DNA from: Eledone cirrhosa
Lineage: Eukaryota
NCBI GenBank assembly: GCA_964016885.1
Contig: OZ024744.1
Span: forward strand, 107,508,001 to 107,572,000
DNA length: 64,000 bases
Direction: 5' to 3'
Shown one piece after another: positions 38,521 through 49,700 of the stretch. Position 1 is the stretch's first letter, and every line of letters starts with the position of its first letter. A program made the position numbers and the translations under genes. Below the pieces are notes generated by a model, which did no database searches, was not told the DNA's origin, and was given only the letters and a program-made list of their open reading frames with translations.

Positions 38521-38759
38521 TAATTGTTTTTACTTTTGGCACAAGGCCAGCAATTACCCAGTGCATTACTGGTACTTTATTTTATCGACCCCGTAAGGAT
38601 GAAAGTCAAAGTTAACCCAGAGTAAACAGACCCACCTGCACACTTCATTGAGTGCTCTACCCTGCATACTGAAGTGTCGGTAATTAACCAACGCATACTT
38701 GAATTAATATTATATATAAAATAGTTTAGACAAGTTGATAACACACCCATATAAAACAA

Positions 38760-40080
38760 AGACTATTTCAAAGCTCAAATGTGAGTTTATAGTCCACAGC
38801 AAGATAGGTAGAAGACAGTTCAGAGTTTAATCCAATCGGTAAATATTAAAAAGATCCTAAGAGGTATAAATAAATGTACCAACAGTAAGGTCAACCTATT
38901 ATAGGGGATTAATACGTCTTCAGTAACATCTTGGTTTAAGAATATTCCTAATAAAAATCAAGCTAAGTTTACTCAATTTGACTTCTACCATCTATTTTCC
39001 GTGTACTTTTCGATAGAGCTTTACACTTTACTCATAGATTCGGCTCAATAATTATGCATGCCAGAAAAAACACTACTGTATTTTAGCAACTCCACCTGGT
39101 TTAAAAAATCAAGCTCAGCTGACCCTTTCGGTTCTGGATGGGATCATATGACATCTGAGATTTGGTTGGATTATTTATCCTCCATACTCAAGGAGAAATT
39201 TTCAGAGCCTACCATTGGCCTATATCATGACAATGTCCTGGTTGTCTCCCATAATAACTATGGAAATGCCTTAGATAAGTTTCGCAAAGACCTAATAGAG
39301 ACCTTTAAAGAATTAATTTTCCATATAACTAGATATTAACTTAACTAACGCAAATTTCTTAGATGTCAATTTAGATTTAGCAACAGGTACCTACAGACCC
39401 TACCATAAACCTAATAATGTCCCCCTCCCCCCAGTAGTATTTAAAAACCCGCTCCTAACATTAGGATGTCAACTTTAGCTTCCTCTAAAGAAATATTTGA
39501 TAAGGCAGCCCATATTACAATAAAGTTGTTAGTGATAGTGGTTTCAGGGAGAAGATTACATATATGCCAAATAGTAACAATCAAAACTAAAAATAGAAAT
39601 AGAAAAATCATCTACTTCATCCCACCCTACTCCCTCGCAGGGAAGACCAACTTAAGAAGAAACTAATAGATAAGCACTTCCCACCCCACAATAGTTATAG
39701 TAAAATATTTAACAGGCTGTCAGTGAAAGTTAGCTACTCTTGCAGCCCATCGATGCGGTCTAAAATAACACCCAGGTTGCTCATGTAGGAAAAAAGAATG
39801 CCTACAACAGAAATGCAACACAAGATCAATGGTCTTCAAAGCCACGATTGTAACAAATGTAAGCGGCCAACTGACTGCAAATGTAAGCTATGTGGGAATG
39901 GCACATGACTGCTTCAAACACACATTGTGTCATTTATACTTCAGCATCTAAAAAAAACTATGGCACTGGCTATCCTGGTATGGGAGTTTAAAGATATGAA
40001 CGTACCACACAAGGTAGAATGGAGCTTCTTGGAGTAGATCAAGCCCTTTTATAATTTTAATTTAACGTGAAACATAAAAA
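38760..40080 (+). mobile_element. Degenerate Penelope-like element (RT plus GIY-YIG region)
   Basis: Reads IGLYHDNVLVV (YRDD-like), NFLDVNLDLATGTYRPYHKPNN, RNRKIIYFIPPYS and IDKHFPPHNSYSKIFNRLSVKVSYSC. Confidence 0.8.
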
Positions 40081-40382
40081 AATCATTTAACATAAGCAAA
40101 TTAAACTTACATACAACGTAAAATGCAGCATACAAATAATTCTAGTGAATAGCTTAGAATTTTGACAAACTCAAACTTTTAACTGTTTAATAGCAATTTT
40201 TTTTATTTATTTGGGACCTAAGCAACACAAAAATAGTGATTACAAGCCAGGAACAGAGAAAAATGTTTTTTTGTTACACGGTGTAATCAGTATTTGATGG
40301 ATACACATCAAGATACACCATATTGACAAGAGTCATTCCCCCTGATTTTGGAATACTATTTAATTATCCGATTAACAATAAT

Positions 40383-40563
40383 TGTTTCTACTTTTGGCAC
40401 AAGGCCAGCAATTATCCCAGTGGTACTTTATTTTATCGACCTTGTAAGAATGAAAGGCAAAGTTGACCTCAGCGGGATTTGAACTCGGAGCATAAAGGGC
40501 CGTAACTCTTTGCTGTAAAGCATGGCGTCCGACCCTTTAAAGATACTGCCAATTCATCACCCT
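40383..40563 (-). mobile_element. Full-length tRNA-derived SINE (same family as 36083), with 13-bp TSD
   Basis: Reverse complement of the 36083 copy. GATTAACAATAAT flanks both sides (40370 and 40564). Confidence 0.88.
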
Positions 40564-40794
40564 GATTAACAATAATTTTATCAAGAGTTATTCCCCTTGC
40601 ATTGGGAAAACAAAAAGCTAATTAAAGCACAGGTTTATCCCCTTTGAATCTAACGAGATAGCGTTGGCTATCTTTGTTTACAGTTGCCCGAAAGATAGCG
40701 TCGCGTGTATCTACCCAAACTCACAATCAAGCATACATGCAGCGTTAGAAACCAGAGGTAGCAACATTTATATGTTGAAGACAAAAACGATAAT

Positions 40795-41468
40795 ATGATG
40801 TACTCTCCTGTCAATTCGACGACGTATGAGAGTTCAACAGTCTTTTCAGTTCCTTGTTTTATGTTTATACCTCAAATGCCACTTCACTCCAGCCGTTGAT
40901 TTACACATCAATCCACATTTGGTGCAGGTGATAGGATATTCAACAGAGCAGGCTGGAATGCCTGATAAGACTTCACTTTGGTGTTAGATCTTATCTCACA
41001 GAGATGGGCTAAACGAGATTTCTCAAAGTTCTTTATACCTTCATGGCAGACGGTTCTCCATCTTTTACAGTTGGCAGACATGGCTTCAAACGAAGAAAGA
41101 GGTAAGTTGACAGACTTAAGATTGTACTTCAAGTGGTCCTTATATTGGGGGTAGTGGCCTGGCCACACTATGCACACCATCCTGGAGCTGACTGTACAGC
41201 AGTACCTTAGGTGTGTGGTCCTCAGACGTCCGTGGGAGATGACCAGTCCATCTAAGTTGGGATTGCATCAGAAATGACTCAAACCTAGTAATGTTGCACC
41301 TTGTGAACAGTTCGGCATTGGAGACTCTGTCAGAAAGTACATATCCACAGACGGAGTTAAGAAAGCATTTGTGGAAGACATCAAGCTTATGTATGTGAGT
41401 GTGGTAAAGTGTCCATGAATCTGAGTCATGAGTGTTGTCAGTACCACTGCATGATAAACTGAAACTTT
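40795..41468 (-). mobile_element. 3' portion of an RTE-BovB-like LINE
   Basis: Minus strand reads KVSVYHAVVLTTL..SDSWTLY, QLRWTGHL and YKDHLKYNLK (ORF 40908-41180). Has a CAT-repeat-like 3' end. Confidence 0.8.
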
Positions 41469-42136
41469 TGGGTTGTTGGCGACTAAACCGGCAACCCCAC
41501 CAAGCTTATTTGGTGAGGAGGGTGATTTTTGGACATCCTGCGGGACAAAAACAAAACTTGTTTAAAAAGGTGGAATAACTCATGAAAGTCAACGGCCTTC
41601 CAATACCTGAGGTGAGTTGTTCATTGGGTTTGTGGCAATATTCTGCACCAACCCTTTGTTATCAACAGGTCCAAGGAGTGTGGCTGGCCCTACACAAGCC
41701 TTCACCACTGTAAACAATTCTTTTGTGTAGGTAACACAACTCTACCCGTTCACTAACACAAAGCTCAATGGTAAGACAGCAAAGGTGATGGGGACAAGTA
41801 AAGGGTATTACTGGAAGTCCTTAGCTGGAGCTCTACACAGTGTTGATTATCAAGTGATGGCCATTGGTGCACAAAATATGAGTAATTTGTGCTGTTTGTG
41901 TCCTCTGATGGTGACAAAGTAGGTCTATTTAGACACAGCACTGCTTAACCTACACAAGGTGGGGACGATAAAAGGAGCCCTAAACAAATACTTACTCAAT
42001 ACTTTAATTTGGCAGTCAACCACCACTGTCTGGTTATCCAAATATGGGGTCAAAACAAAAGGAACTTAACTTTTGGTTCCTGGAATCTAAGAACACTCGA
42101 AGACAGTGACTCCAACTTGGAACAAAGAGCAGCCCT
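41469..42136 (+). mobile_element. 5' UTR and start of APE endonuclease of an RTE-BovB-like LINE, running into the 60-bp satellite
   Basis: 42063-42137 reads NLTFGSWNLRTLEDSDSNLEQRAAL, compared with the BovB-type motif WNVRTL.D....RPERRTAL. Confidence 0.75.
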
Positions 42137-43636
42137 GTAATGTACTCAACAGATACAGTGTTGATATCTGTACAGTGAGACCTGACTGTCCCATCTGTAA
42201 TGCACTCAACAGACACAGTGTTGATATCTGGGCAGTAAGACCTGACTGTCCCATCTGTAATGCACTCAACAGATACAGTGTTGATATCTGTACAGTAAGA
42301 CCTGACTGTCCCATCTGTAATGCACTCAACAGATACAGTGTTGATATCTGGGTAGGGAGACCTGACTGCCTCATCTGTAATGCACTCAACAGATACAGTG
42401 TTGATATCTGTACAGTAAGACCTGACTGTCCCATCTGTAATGTACTCAACATAGTGTTGATATCTGTACAGTGAGACCTGACTGCCTCATCTGTAATGCA
42501 CTCAACAGATACAGTGTTGATATCTGTACAGTAAGACCTGACTGTCCCATCTGTAATGCACTCAACAGATACAGTGTTGATATCTGGGCAGTAAGACCTG
42601 ACTGTCCCATCTGCAATGCACTCAACAGATAGTGTTGATATGTGTACAGTGAGACCTGACTGTCCCATCTGTAATGTACTCAACAGATACAGTGTTGATA
42701 TATGTACAGTGAGACCTGACTATCCCATCTGTAATGTACTCAATAGATACAGTATGGATATCTGTACAGTAAGACCAGACTGTCCCATCTGTAATGCACT
42801 CAACAGATACAGTATGGATATCTGTACAGTGAGACTCGACTGTCCCATCTGTAATGTACTCAACAGATACAGTGTTGATATCTGTACAGTGAGACCTGAC
42901 TGTCTCATCTGTAATGTACTCAATAGATACAGTGTTGATATCTGTACAGTAAGACCTGACTGTCCCATCTGTAATGTACTCAATAGATACAGTGTTGATA
43001 TCTGTACAGTAAGACCTGACTGTCCCATCTGTAATGTACTCAACAGATACAGTGTTGATATCTGTACAGTAAGACCTGACTGTTCCATCTGTAATGTACT
43101 CAACAGATACAGTGTTGATATCTGTACAGTGAGACCTGACTGTCCCATCTGTAATGCACTCAACAGATACAGTGTTGATATCTGTACAGTAAGACCTGAC
43201 TGTCCCATCTGTAATGTACTCAACAGATAGTGTTGATATCTGTACAGTAAGACCTGACTGTCCCATCTGTAATGCACTCAACAAATACAGTGTTGATATC
43301 TGTACAGTAAGACCTGACTGTCCCATCTGTAATGCACTCAACAGATACAGTGTTGATATCTGTACAGTAAGACCTGACTGTCCCATCTGTAATGTACTCA
43401 ACAGATACAGTGTTGATATCTGGGCAGTAAGACCTGACTGTCCCATCTGTAATGTACTCAACAGATACAGTGTTGATATCTGTACAGTAAGACCTGACTA
43501 TCCCATCTGTAATGCACTCAACAGATACAGTGTTGATATCTGTACAGTGAGACCTGACTGTCCCATCTGTAATGCACTCAACAGATACAGTGTTGATATC
43601 TATACAGTGAGACCTGACTGTCCCATCTGTAATGCA
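42136..43636. repeat. 60-bp satellite, left segment (about 25 copies)
   Basis: Unit gtaatgYactcaacagatacagtgttgatatctgtacagtRagacctgactgtcccatct, with 58-bp deletion variants. Confidence 0.98.
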
Positions 43637-45630
43637 GCCTCTTTGAACGCAGCCTCTTTGAACACTGTGTCTGTTAACGTCCGAGTCGATTCTCCTGGCT
43701 AGGAACAGAGTCCTATCCACTCCCATGTGGTGCATGTCATGCAATCCTTTCAGATCCAACTCGGTCAGCCAATACACGGCAGCTACCTCCTCTTCTACCT
43801 CCTCCGGCGCTTCCATCCAGTCTTTCTTCACCCTGGTTAAGACGTCACCCTATTTTTCTCTGAGGGCACGAAAACTACGCTCAGCCTCAGGTCGAACTCG
43901 GTGGCCAGCTCTCCTAGAGTTCCCAGGCGGCGCTTTATCAGCATCTCCGCCGCGCTTCTCGTTCGCACTCTCTTCTCACTGGTGAGCACTGATCTCACCC
44001 ATCCGAGTACAGTAGCCGAGTCGGTGCGTATCTCGATGCTGCGCAGTCCCCACCTCAGGGCGAGGTTCACCCCTCTCAACACCGCGTTCAGTTCGGCCAC
44101 ATTGATGTGGTTGCAGTCGTCTTTCTTCCTAAGCCAGGCTGCATCCTCGACCTCAACACCTCCTATCTCCAATGTGACACCCAGCGCTATGCTGCTGGCA
44201 TCGCACCATACGGTCCCGCTCTGCGATTTGGGAACATACCAGCGTCCCCGCACTGGGTCGTCGGCCTTCACCCTCTTCACGATCTCCTGCATCATGGCCA
44301 CCGTCCTCTCTCCCACTCTGTCACTCCAAGTCACCGCTCCCGCTCGTCTCTTGACATAGCTGCATGCCGTCCGGAGCCACCCAGCGATCGGGTAGTGACC
44401 CACCAACTTTCCACACACTGAGAAAAGCTCCCGCCTACTCATACTTGGGCCCAGTTCTGGAACTTCATTCCCCTCTGGAATACTAACACGCCCGTCTTGA
44501 CTCGCCGTAGCCTAAGTCCCAGCGCGGCTCCTCCCGCCAATGCTTCTGACGGCTTCGCAGTTAGTCCATACCCCTGTAAATGGCTCGTGACCTCCGCTGC
44601 CGACACCACAGACTTGTCCACTAGGATGTCGTCAATGTAGGAATTAGTGGCCTTCTTCATCTTGTCGGCCTTTCCCAGAATGGTCTTGAGGACCGCCGCC
44701 ATGATCTTCGGTGCAGAGCTCAGCCCGAAACCGAGCCTGGTCAGGCAATATGTCCGGCCCTTATACCTGACCAGCTGATTCTGCCAGAGCTTCTCATCTA
44801 TGTGTAATTGTAAGTATGCCGACTTTAGATCGATGATTGCGGGAGCCCCCATCATGCGTCTCCACTCACGCAGGGTTTCCCCACAGACATCCGTGACTTC
44901 GCCACCCATGTGGCATGACACGTGCTCATTCAGCTCCCGAAAGTCCAGTACGGGCCTCGCCTTGTTCTTCGTGGGCTGCGCCACCGCCATTAACGGCAAT
45001 ACTCCGCACTTCACCTCCTCTTTCCAGGGAATCAGTATGCCCTCTTCAATCCATCTCTCTACCTCTCGCTCGAACTCGCTCCTAATGTCTCCCTTCAATG
45101 TGTGTTGATAGCAGCTGACTTTGGTCTTCAGTGTTGGTGGTTCTCCCTTCCAGTACCACTCAACAACCCATCGCTGCCCATCGAACACGGCCTTGAAGTC
45201 TTTGTCATGCTCATGCACAGTGTAAGTAGGGTATTTCTCCTCGTGGGCCTTCTGGTTTTCCTGTTGCGTACTCACAGCGCATACCGATGCGGCACTGCCA
45301 AATGACACCCGACGTTGTTCACTGTGATGCCTCCTAGACGGCCAATTGCGTCCATACCCATAACTACGCTGATCCCATCCACCACATATTTTCTTTCCCC
45401 GTACCGCCATCTCCACCTTGCTGCGACCTCGGCATTCAATTTTCCTACCGTCGACTGCCCTTACGCTGCTCTTCCCTCTCCACCTCTGCGCCACCCCCGC
45501 AGTCACCAGTGTCGTCGACAGCCCATGTCCACGAGGGCTCGCTGTGGCTTTCCCCTCACGAAGACTTTCACCACGGGCAGCGCCTCTACTCGTAAGGGGC
45601 AACTACCGGCGCAGTAGTTCCCCTTGGATC
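43637..45630 (-). pseudogene. pol: pol (protease, RT, RNase H, integrase N-terminus), frameshifted and truncated
   Basis: ALVDMGC (DTG with CpG decay); RPVLDFRELN, DLKSAYLQL, LGFGLSSAPKIM and YIDDILV; WCDASS, HINVAEL and RTDSATV; LHDMHHMGVDRT. Split over ORFs 44439-45602, 43837-44442 and 43220-43831. Confidence 0.88.
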
Positions 45631-46350
45631 GTTTCCCTGGTCGCAGCTAGTAGCGATGTGGCCTGGTCGCTTACACCGGTAGCATATTTTTTCCGGCCTT
45701 GACTCTCTATAGTCTCTCGCCATGTGCGGGCCCTGGCACCTAAAACAGCGACCTCTAAACGTTCGCGGGCGACCGCGTGCCGTGGTTGCTTCCCTTTCAC
45801 CATTTCGCTGCCGGCTGCCTTGGGCCTCTGTCATTGCTATCGCCGCGACACTCTTCTTGGCATCTTCTGCTATGATGCAGGCTTGCTCCACCAGTGGATG
45901 CATCTCTATTTCCTTGTAACCCGGGACTTGCTGCAGTTTCACCGCTATGTCGTCTGGAAATCCATTTATGAACGCCAACCGCATCGTGCTTTCGCATTCC
46001 ACCTGATATCCAGCCAACATGGCCAATCGCCGTATTTCCACTGCGAAAATGTCAACGCGTTCACCGTTCCATCTAATCCTTGCCAGCCTAGCAAGAGCGG
46101 CTAAAGGTCCTTCCGCGAACGCTTTCATCATGCGCCTCTCAATCTTTTGCGAATCTCTTTGGCTGTGTTCATCCAACTCTAGGAAGAGTGCCAACGCATC
46201 CCCTTCAAGGTACAGTGCCATGAGGCCAGCCACATCTTCTATCTTCTGTAAGCTTGCGACCAACCGGACTTTTCGCAGCCAAGCGACAACATCGCCTTCA
46301 CCGGTAAATGCTCTAATCGCTTCTCCGCTTATTCGTAATCTCGTCGCCAT
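45586..46350 (-). CDS. gag: Gag of the LTR retrotransposon (254 aa, two CCHC-type knuckles, first degenerate)
   Basis: Open ORF with FTGEGDVVAWL...LYLEGDAL, CFRCQGPHMARDY and CYRCKRPGHIATSC. Confidence 0.88.
   Translation of the reverse strand: MATRLRISGEAIRAFTGEGDVVAWLRKVRLVASLQKIEDVAGLMALYLEGDALALFLELDEHSQRDSQKIERRMMKAFAEGPLAALARLARIRWNGERVDIFAVEIRRLAMLAGYQVECESTMRLAFINGFPDDIAVKLQQVPGYKEIEMHPLVEQACIIAEDAKKSVAAIAMTEAQGSRQRNGEREATTARGRPRTFRGRCFRCQGPHMARDYRESRPEKICYRCKRPGHIATSCDQGNDPRGTTAPVVAPYE
45594..45637 (-). promoter_or_regulatory. Programmed -1 ribosomal frameshift signal
   Basis: G GGA AAC slippery heptamer in the gag frame, a 5-nt spacer, then the stem-loop AAGGGGAACTAC...GTAGTTGCCCCTT. 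The -1 frame is open into EALPVVKVFVRGKPQRALVDMG (protease). Confidence 0.8.
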
Positions 46351-46480
46351 ATCCTAATTTCATCTTGCGGTAAGGAATAAAAAACAACAGACTCCTCTCT
46401 GTTTTTCCAGTAGCTTTGTTTTCAAGAAAATTCTTTTTTTTTTTTTTTTTTTTTGATCAATTCAGATCTCAGTATCCAGT

Positions 46481-46492
46481 GCCGAAATAGCT
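46481..46492 (-). promoter_or_regulatory. Atypical primer-binding site complementary to tRNA-Phe nt 1-12
   Basis: The element-sense sequence immediately after the LTR is AGCTATTTCGGC. The plus strand GCCGAAATAGCT equals the recalled 5' end of metazoan tRNA-Phe(GAA). Confidence 0.6.
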
Positions 46493-46730
46493 TGTGGTTA
46501 GAAAAAGCTACTTCACTTACCGCTTTCGCTGGCACCGCGAATCCAATGGCTGGTTTCTCCACTCCCACGTGCATACAATCCAACTCGTTAACTGGGAGCT
46601 CCAAGACTGACGTCCACCACGTTCGCTGACCACCCTAGAGAGAGACAGACCTGCTGGCCCTTCCAGTCGAGCACCCTTCCGGTCGAGCACTCACCAGCCT
46701 CCGGCCACCACACACCACACCATACCCACA
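46493..46730 (-). repeat. 5' LTR (238 bp)
   Basis: TGTGG...CCACA termini. Boundaries are defined by homology to the TSD-flanked solo LTR at 23527-23955. Confidence 0.9.
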
Positions 46731-49700
46731 ATGCACTCAACAGATACAGTGTTGATATCTGTACAGTAACACCTGACTGTCCCATCTGTAATGCACTCAA
46801 CAGATACAGTGTTGATATCTGTACAGTAACACCTGACTATCCCATCTGTAATGCACTCAACAGATAGTGTTGATATCTGTACAGTAAGACCTGACTGTCC
46901 CATCTGTAATGTACTCAACAGATACAGTGTTGATATCTGTACAGTGAGACCTGACTGTCCCATCTGTAATGTACTCCACAGATACAGTGTTGATATCTGT
47001 ACAGTGAGCCTGACTGCCCCATCTGTAATGCACTCAACAGATAGTGTTGATATCTGTACAGTAAGACCTGACAGTCCCATCTGTAATGTACTCAACAGAT
47101 ACAGTGTTGATATCTGTACAGTAAGACCTGACTGTCCCATCTGTAATGTACTCAACAGATACAGTGTTGATATCTGTACAGTGAGACCTGACTGTCCCAT
47201 CTGTAATGCACTCAACAGATACAGTGTTGATATCTGTACAGTAAGACCTGACTGTGCCATCTGTGATGTACTCAACAGATACAGTGTTGATATCTGTACA
47301 GTAAGACCTGACTGTCCCATCTGTAATGTATTCAACAGATACAGTGTTGATATCTGTACAGTAAGACCTGACTGTGCCATCTGTGATGTACTCAACAGAT
47401 ACAGTGTTGATATGTGTACAGTGAGACCTGACTGTCCCATCTGTAATGTACTCAACAGATACAGTGTTGATATCTGTACAGTAAGACCTGACTGTGCCAT
47501 CTGTGATGTACTCAACAGATACAGTGTTGATATCTGTACAGTAAGACCTGACTGTCCCATCTGTAATGTATTCAACAGATACAGTGTTGATATCTGTACA
47601 GTGAGACCTGACTGTCCCATCTGTGATGTACTCAACAGATACAGTGTTGATATCTGTACAGTGAGACCTGACTGTCCCATCTGTAATGTACTCAACAGAT
47701 ACGATGTTGATATCTGTACAGTGAGACCTGACTGTCCCATCTGTAATATACTCAACAGATACAGTGTTGATATCTGTACAGTGAGACCTGACTGTCCCAT
47801 CTGTAATATACTCAACAGATACAGTGTTGATATCTGTGCAGTAAGACCTGACTGTCCCATCTGTAATGCACTCAACAGATACAGTATAATATCTGTACAG
47901 TGAGACCTGACTGTCCCATCTGTAATATACTCAACGGATACAGTGTTGATATCTGGGTAGGGAGACCTGACTGTCCCATCTGTAATGCACTCAACAGATA
48001 CAGTGTTGATATCTGTACAGTAAGACCTGACTGTCCCATCTGTAATGTACTCAACAGATACAGTGTTGATATCTGTACAGTAAGACCCGACTGTCCCATC
48101 TGTAATGCACTCAACAGATAGTGTTGATATCTGTACAGTAAGACCTGACTGTCCCATCTGCAATGCACTCAACAGATACAGTGTTGATATCTGGGCAGTG
48201 AGACCTAACTGTCCCATCTGTAATGTACTCAACAGATACAGTGTTGATATCTGTACAGTGAGACCTGACTGTGCCATCTGTGATGTACTCAACAGATACA
48301 GTGTTGATATCTGGGTAGGGAGACCTGACTGTCCCATCTGTAATGCACTCAACAGATACAGTGTTGATATCTGTACAGTGAGACCTGACTGTCCCATCTG
48401 TAATTAACTCAACAGATACAGTGTTGATATCTGTACAGTAAGACCTGACTGTCCCATCTGTAATATACTCAACAGATACAGTGTTGATATCTGTACAGTG
48501 AGACCTGACTGTCCCATCTGTAATATACTCAACAGATACAGTGTTGATATCTGGGTAGTGAGACCTGACTGTATCATCTGTAATGCACTCAACAGATACA
48601 GTGTTGATATATGTACAGTAAGACCTGACTGTCCCATCTGTAATGTACTCAACAGATACAGTGTTGATATCTGTACAGTGAGGCCTGACTGTCCCATCTG
48701 TAATGCACTCAACAGATACAGTGTTGTATCTGTACAATGAGACCTGACTGTCTCATCTGTAATGTACTCAATAGATACAGTGTTGATATCTGTACAGTGA
48801 GACCTGACTCCCATCTGTAATGTACTCAACAGATAGTGTTGATATCTGTACAGTAAGACCTGACTGTGCCATCTGTAATTAACTCAACAGATACAGTGTT
48901 GATATCTGTACAGTGAGACCTGACTGTCCCATCTGTAATGTACTCAACAGATACAGTGTTGATATCTGTACAGTGAGACCTGACTGTCCCATCTGTAATG
49001 TACTCAACAGATACAGTGTTGATATCTGTACAGTAACACCTGACTGTCCCATCTGTAATGCACTCAACAGATACAGTGTTGATATCTGTACAGTAAGACC
49101 TGACTGTATCATCTGTAATGCACTCAACAGATACAGTGTTGATATCTGTACAGTGAGACCTGACTGTCCCATCTGTAATATACTCAACAGATACAGTGTT
49201 GATATCTGGGTAGTGAGACCTGACTGTATCATCTGTAATGCACTCAACAGATACAGTGTTGATATATGTACAGTAAGACCAGACTGTCCCATCTGTAATG
49301 TACTCAACAGATACAGTGTTAATATCTGTACAGTAAGACCTGACTGTTCCATCTGTAATGTACTCAACAGATACAGTGTTGATATCTGTACAGTGAGACC
49401 TGACTGTCCCATCTGTAATGCACTCAACAGATACAGTGTTGATATCTGTACAGTGAGACCTGACTGTCCCATCTGTAATATACTCAACGGATACAGTGTT
49501 GATATCTGGGTAGGGAGACCTGACTGTCCCATCTGTAATGCACTCAACAGATACAGTGTTGATATCTGTACAGTAAGACCTGACTGTCCCATCTGTAATG
49601 TACTCAACAGATACAGTGTTGATATCTGTACAGTAAGACCCGACTGTCCCATCTGTAATGCACTCAACAGATAGTGTTGATATCTGTACAGTAAGACCTG

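Larger units (their letters stand above)
43637..46730 (-). mobile_element. 3'-truncated LTR retrotransposon (5' LTR, gag, PR, RT, RH, start of IN) inserted in the satellite
   Basis: LTR, gag with zinc knuckles, protease, RT YIDD, RNase H and the first half of an integrase HHCC finger, in Ty3/Gypsy domain order. GC- and CpG-rich relative to the host. Confidence 0.92.

Noticed and set aside
43901-46357. + strand ORFs overlapping gag/pol
   Set aside because: No recognisable motifs. Such ORFs are expected opposite GC-rich coding sequence.
46455-46480. Sense-strand resemblance of the leader (ACTGAGATCTGAA) to the tRNA-Phe anticodon arm
   Set aside because: Short, gapped and partly palindromic. 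It cannot be distinguished from chance without more copies.
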